DNA of 33,319 bases from NCBI GenBank assembly GCA_964361435.1, contig CAYIAN010000001.1, forward strand, positions 1 to 33,319, written 5' to 3'. A model generated the notes under the pieces. The model made no database searches and was not told the DNA's origin. It worked only from the letters and a program-made list of their open reading frames with translations. Shown in pieces: positions 32,662 to 33,319 of the stretch (the first letter of the stretch is position 1; every line of letters starts with the position of its first letter). This DNA is from an uncultured Candidatus Saccharibacteria bacterium (GTDB taxonomy: Bacteria; Patescibacteriota; Minisyncoccia; UBA6257; Colwellbacteraceae). Both the position numbers and the translations under genes were made by a program.

Positions 32662-33319
32662 ATGCTAATTACGCTCTACGGCGCCGATTCCTATAGGCGC
32701 CTTAGAAAACTCAAGGACATTGTAGATGCCTATACCTTGAAGCAGGGCAATTTGCCCAGGGAACGTTTCTCACTAATAGAAGAGGGGGATTTAGAAAACC
32801 TAAAAGGATTCCTTTCCAACCAATCAATGTTTAGCTCCAAAAAACTGGTCATCCTAGACGAACCCTTTGAATTCGAAGATATCAAAGCATTCAAAGAACT
32901 CCTTAAGGAATATACCGACTCTACGGATACAACCATATTAATCAGTACAACCAGAAAACACCCAGCCGCGTTTAAGTTTATTGAAGAAAAACCCAATAGA
33001 TTCGAAGAGTTCGCCTCGCTTAAGGGAAAGGATCTAACCGATTTCATAAAAAAAGAGGCCGATAGATTAAATGTGTCCCTGGATATCGAAGAGCTTTCTT
33101 CCATGACAGATTCTTTGGGCGCCGATACCTGGAAGATCGTTACCGAGTTGGAGCAAATAACCCTAAAGCGGGCAAAAAAGATAGACACAGGACAATTCGC
33201 ATCCCAACCAGAATATTTTCCTAGCTTAAATGCCCTAAAGAGAGGAACAAGCGTTGGGGAAAGGCTAGTGGCATTGGAAGAATTAATCGGCGGGCGCAGG
33301 GATGATCCAGCAAGGATCT
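32662..33319 (+). CDS. holA: DNA polymerase III delta subunit (HolA)-like, 5' part; runs off the right edge
   Basis: Open-ended, so absent from the track. It translates MLITLYGADSYRRLRKLKDIVDAY...LSNQSMFSSKKLVILDEPFE...LISTTRK...FIKKEADRLNVSLDIEELSSMTDSLGADTWKIVTELEQI, the HolA-type pattern (LyG.d, SlF...klvil, clamp-loader delta helical region). An extended -10 TGaTATAAT (32647..32655) lies 6 nt upstream of the ATG. Confidence 0.6.
   Translation, partial: MLITLYGADSYRRLRKLKDIVDAYTLKQGNLPRERFSLIEEGDLENLKGFLSNQSMFSSKKLVILDEPFEFEDIKAFKELLKEYTDSTDTTILISTTRKHPAAFKFIEEKPNRFEEFASLKGKDLTDFIKKEADRLNVSLDIEELSSMTDSLGADTWKIVTELEQITLKRAKKIDTGQFASQPEYFPSLNALKRGTSVGERLVALEELIGGRRDDPARI

Overview
The window reads as the chromosomal replication-origin neighbourhood of a small, tightly packed bacterial genome. 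Standard code 11 applies, because TGA is used as a genuine stop. The core is the classic rpmH-rnpA-yidC-jag / dnaA-dnaN arrangement at about 15.9-20.3 kb. Around it sit DNA repair and recombination genes (ruvA, ruvC-yebC, ruvB, uvrD/pcrA, mutM, a stand-alone 5'-3' exonuclease, holA) and cell-envelope genes (MurE-like ligase, PBP1A, LysM-M23 peptidase). Also present are rsmA, tsaE, pyrG, a PAS histidine kinase and a solitary PilB/GspE ATPase. The one non-housekeeping block is a five-gene, translationally coupled module at 8728..15866. It encodes a 954-aa polytopic VirB6/TrbL-like protein, a hypothetical protein with a Pro/Thr/Gln-rich tail, a PrgI (VirB3-like) protein, a VirB4-type ATPase and a small membrane protein with a poly-Glu tail. 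This is a stripped-down type IV secretion-like apparatus with no relaxase, coupling protein, VirB11, pilin or hydrolase next to it, and it is embedded in core genes rather than in a mobile element. Shortened proteins, 1-4 nt gene overlaps, an apparent lack of Shine-Dalgarno sequences, an LTD-domain protein and the PrgI/VirB4 pair are together most consistent with a Patescibacteria/CPR-type organism (inference only). Other points of interest are -10 boxes sitting 6-10 nt from start codons (leaderless mRNAs), a decayed guanylate kinase fragment, and a ~120-nt structured or inverted-repeat element upstream of ruvB. There is also a self-contained transcription unit for a 57-aa hyper-acidic protein, and convergent genes that share overlapping stop codons. 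I found no rRNA, tRNA, CRISPR array, integrase or transposase. All protein calls come from motif recognition by eye, since no searches could be run.
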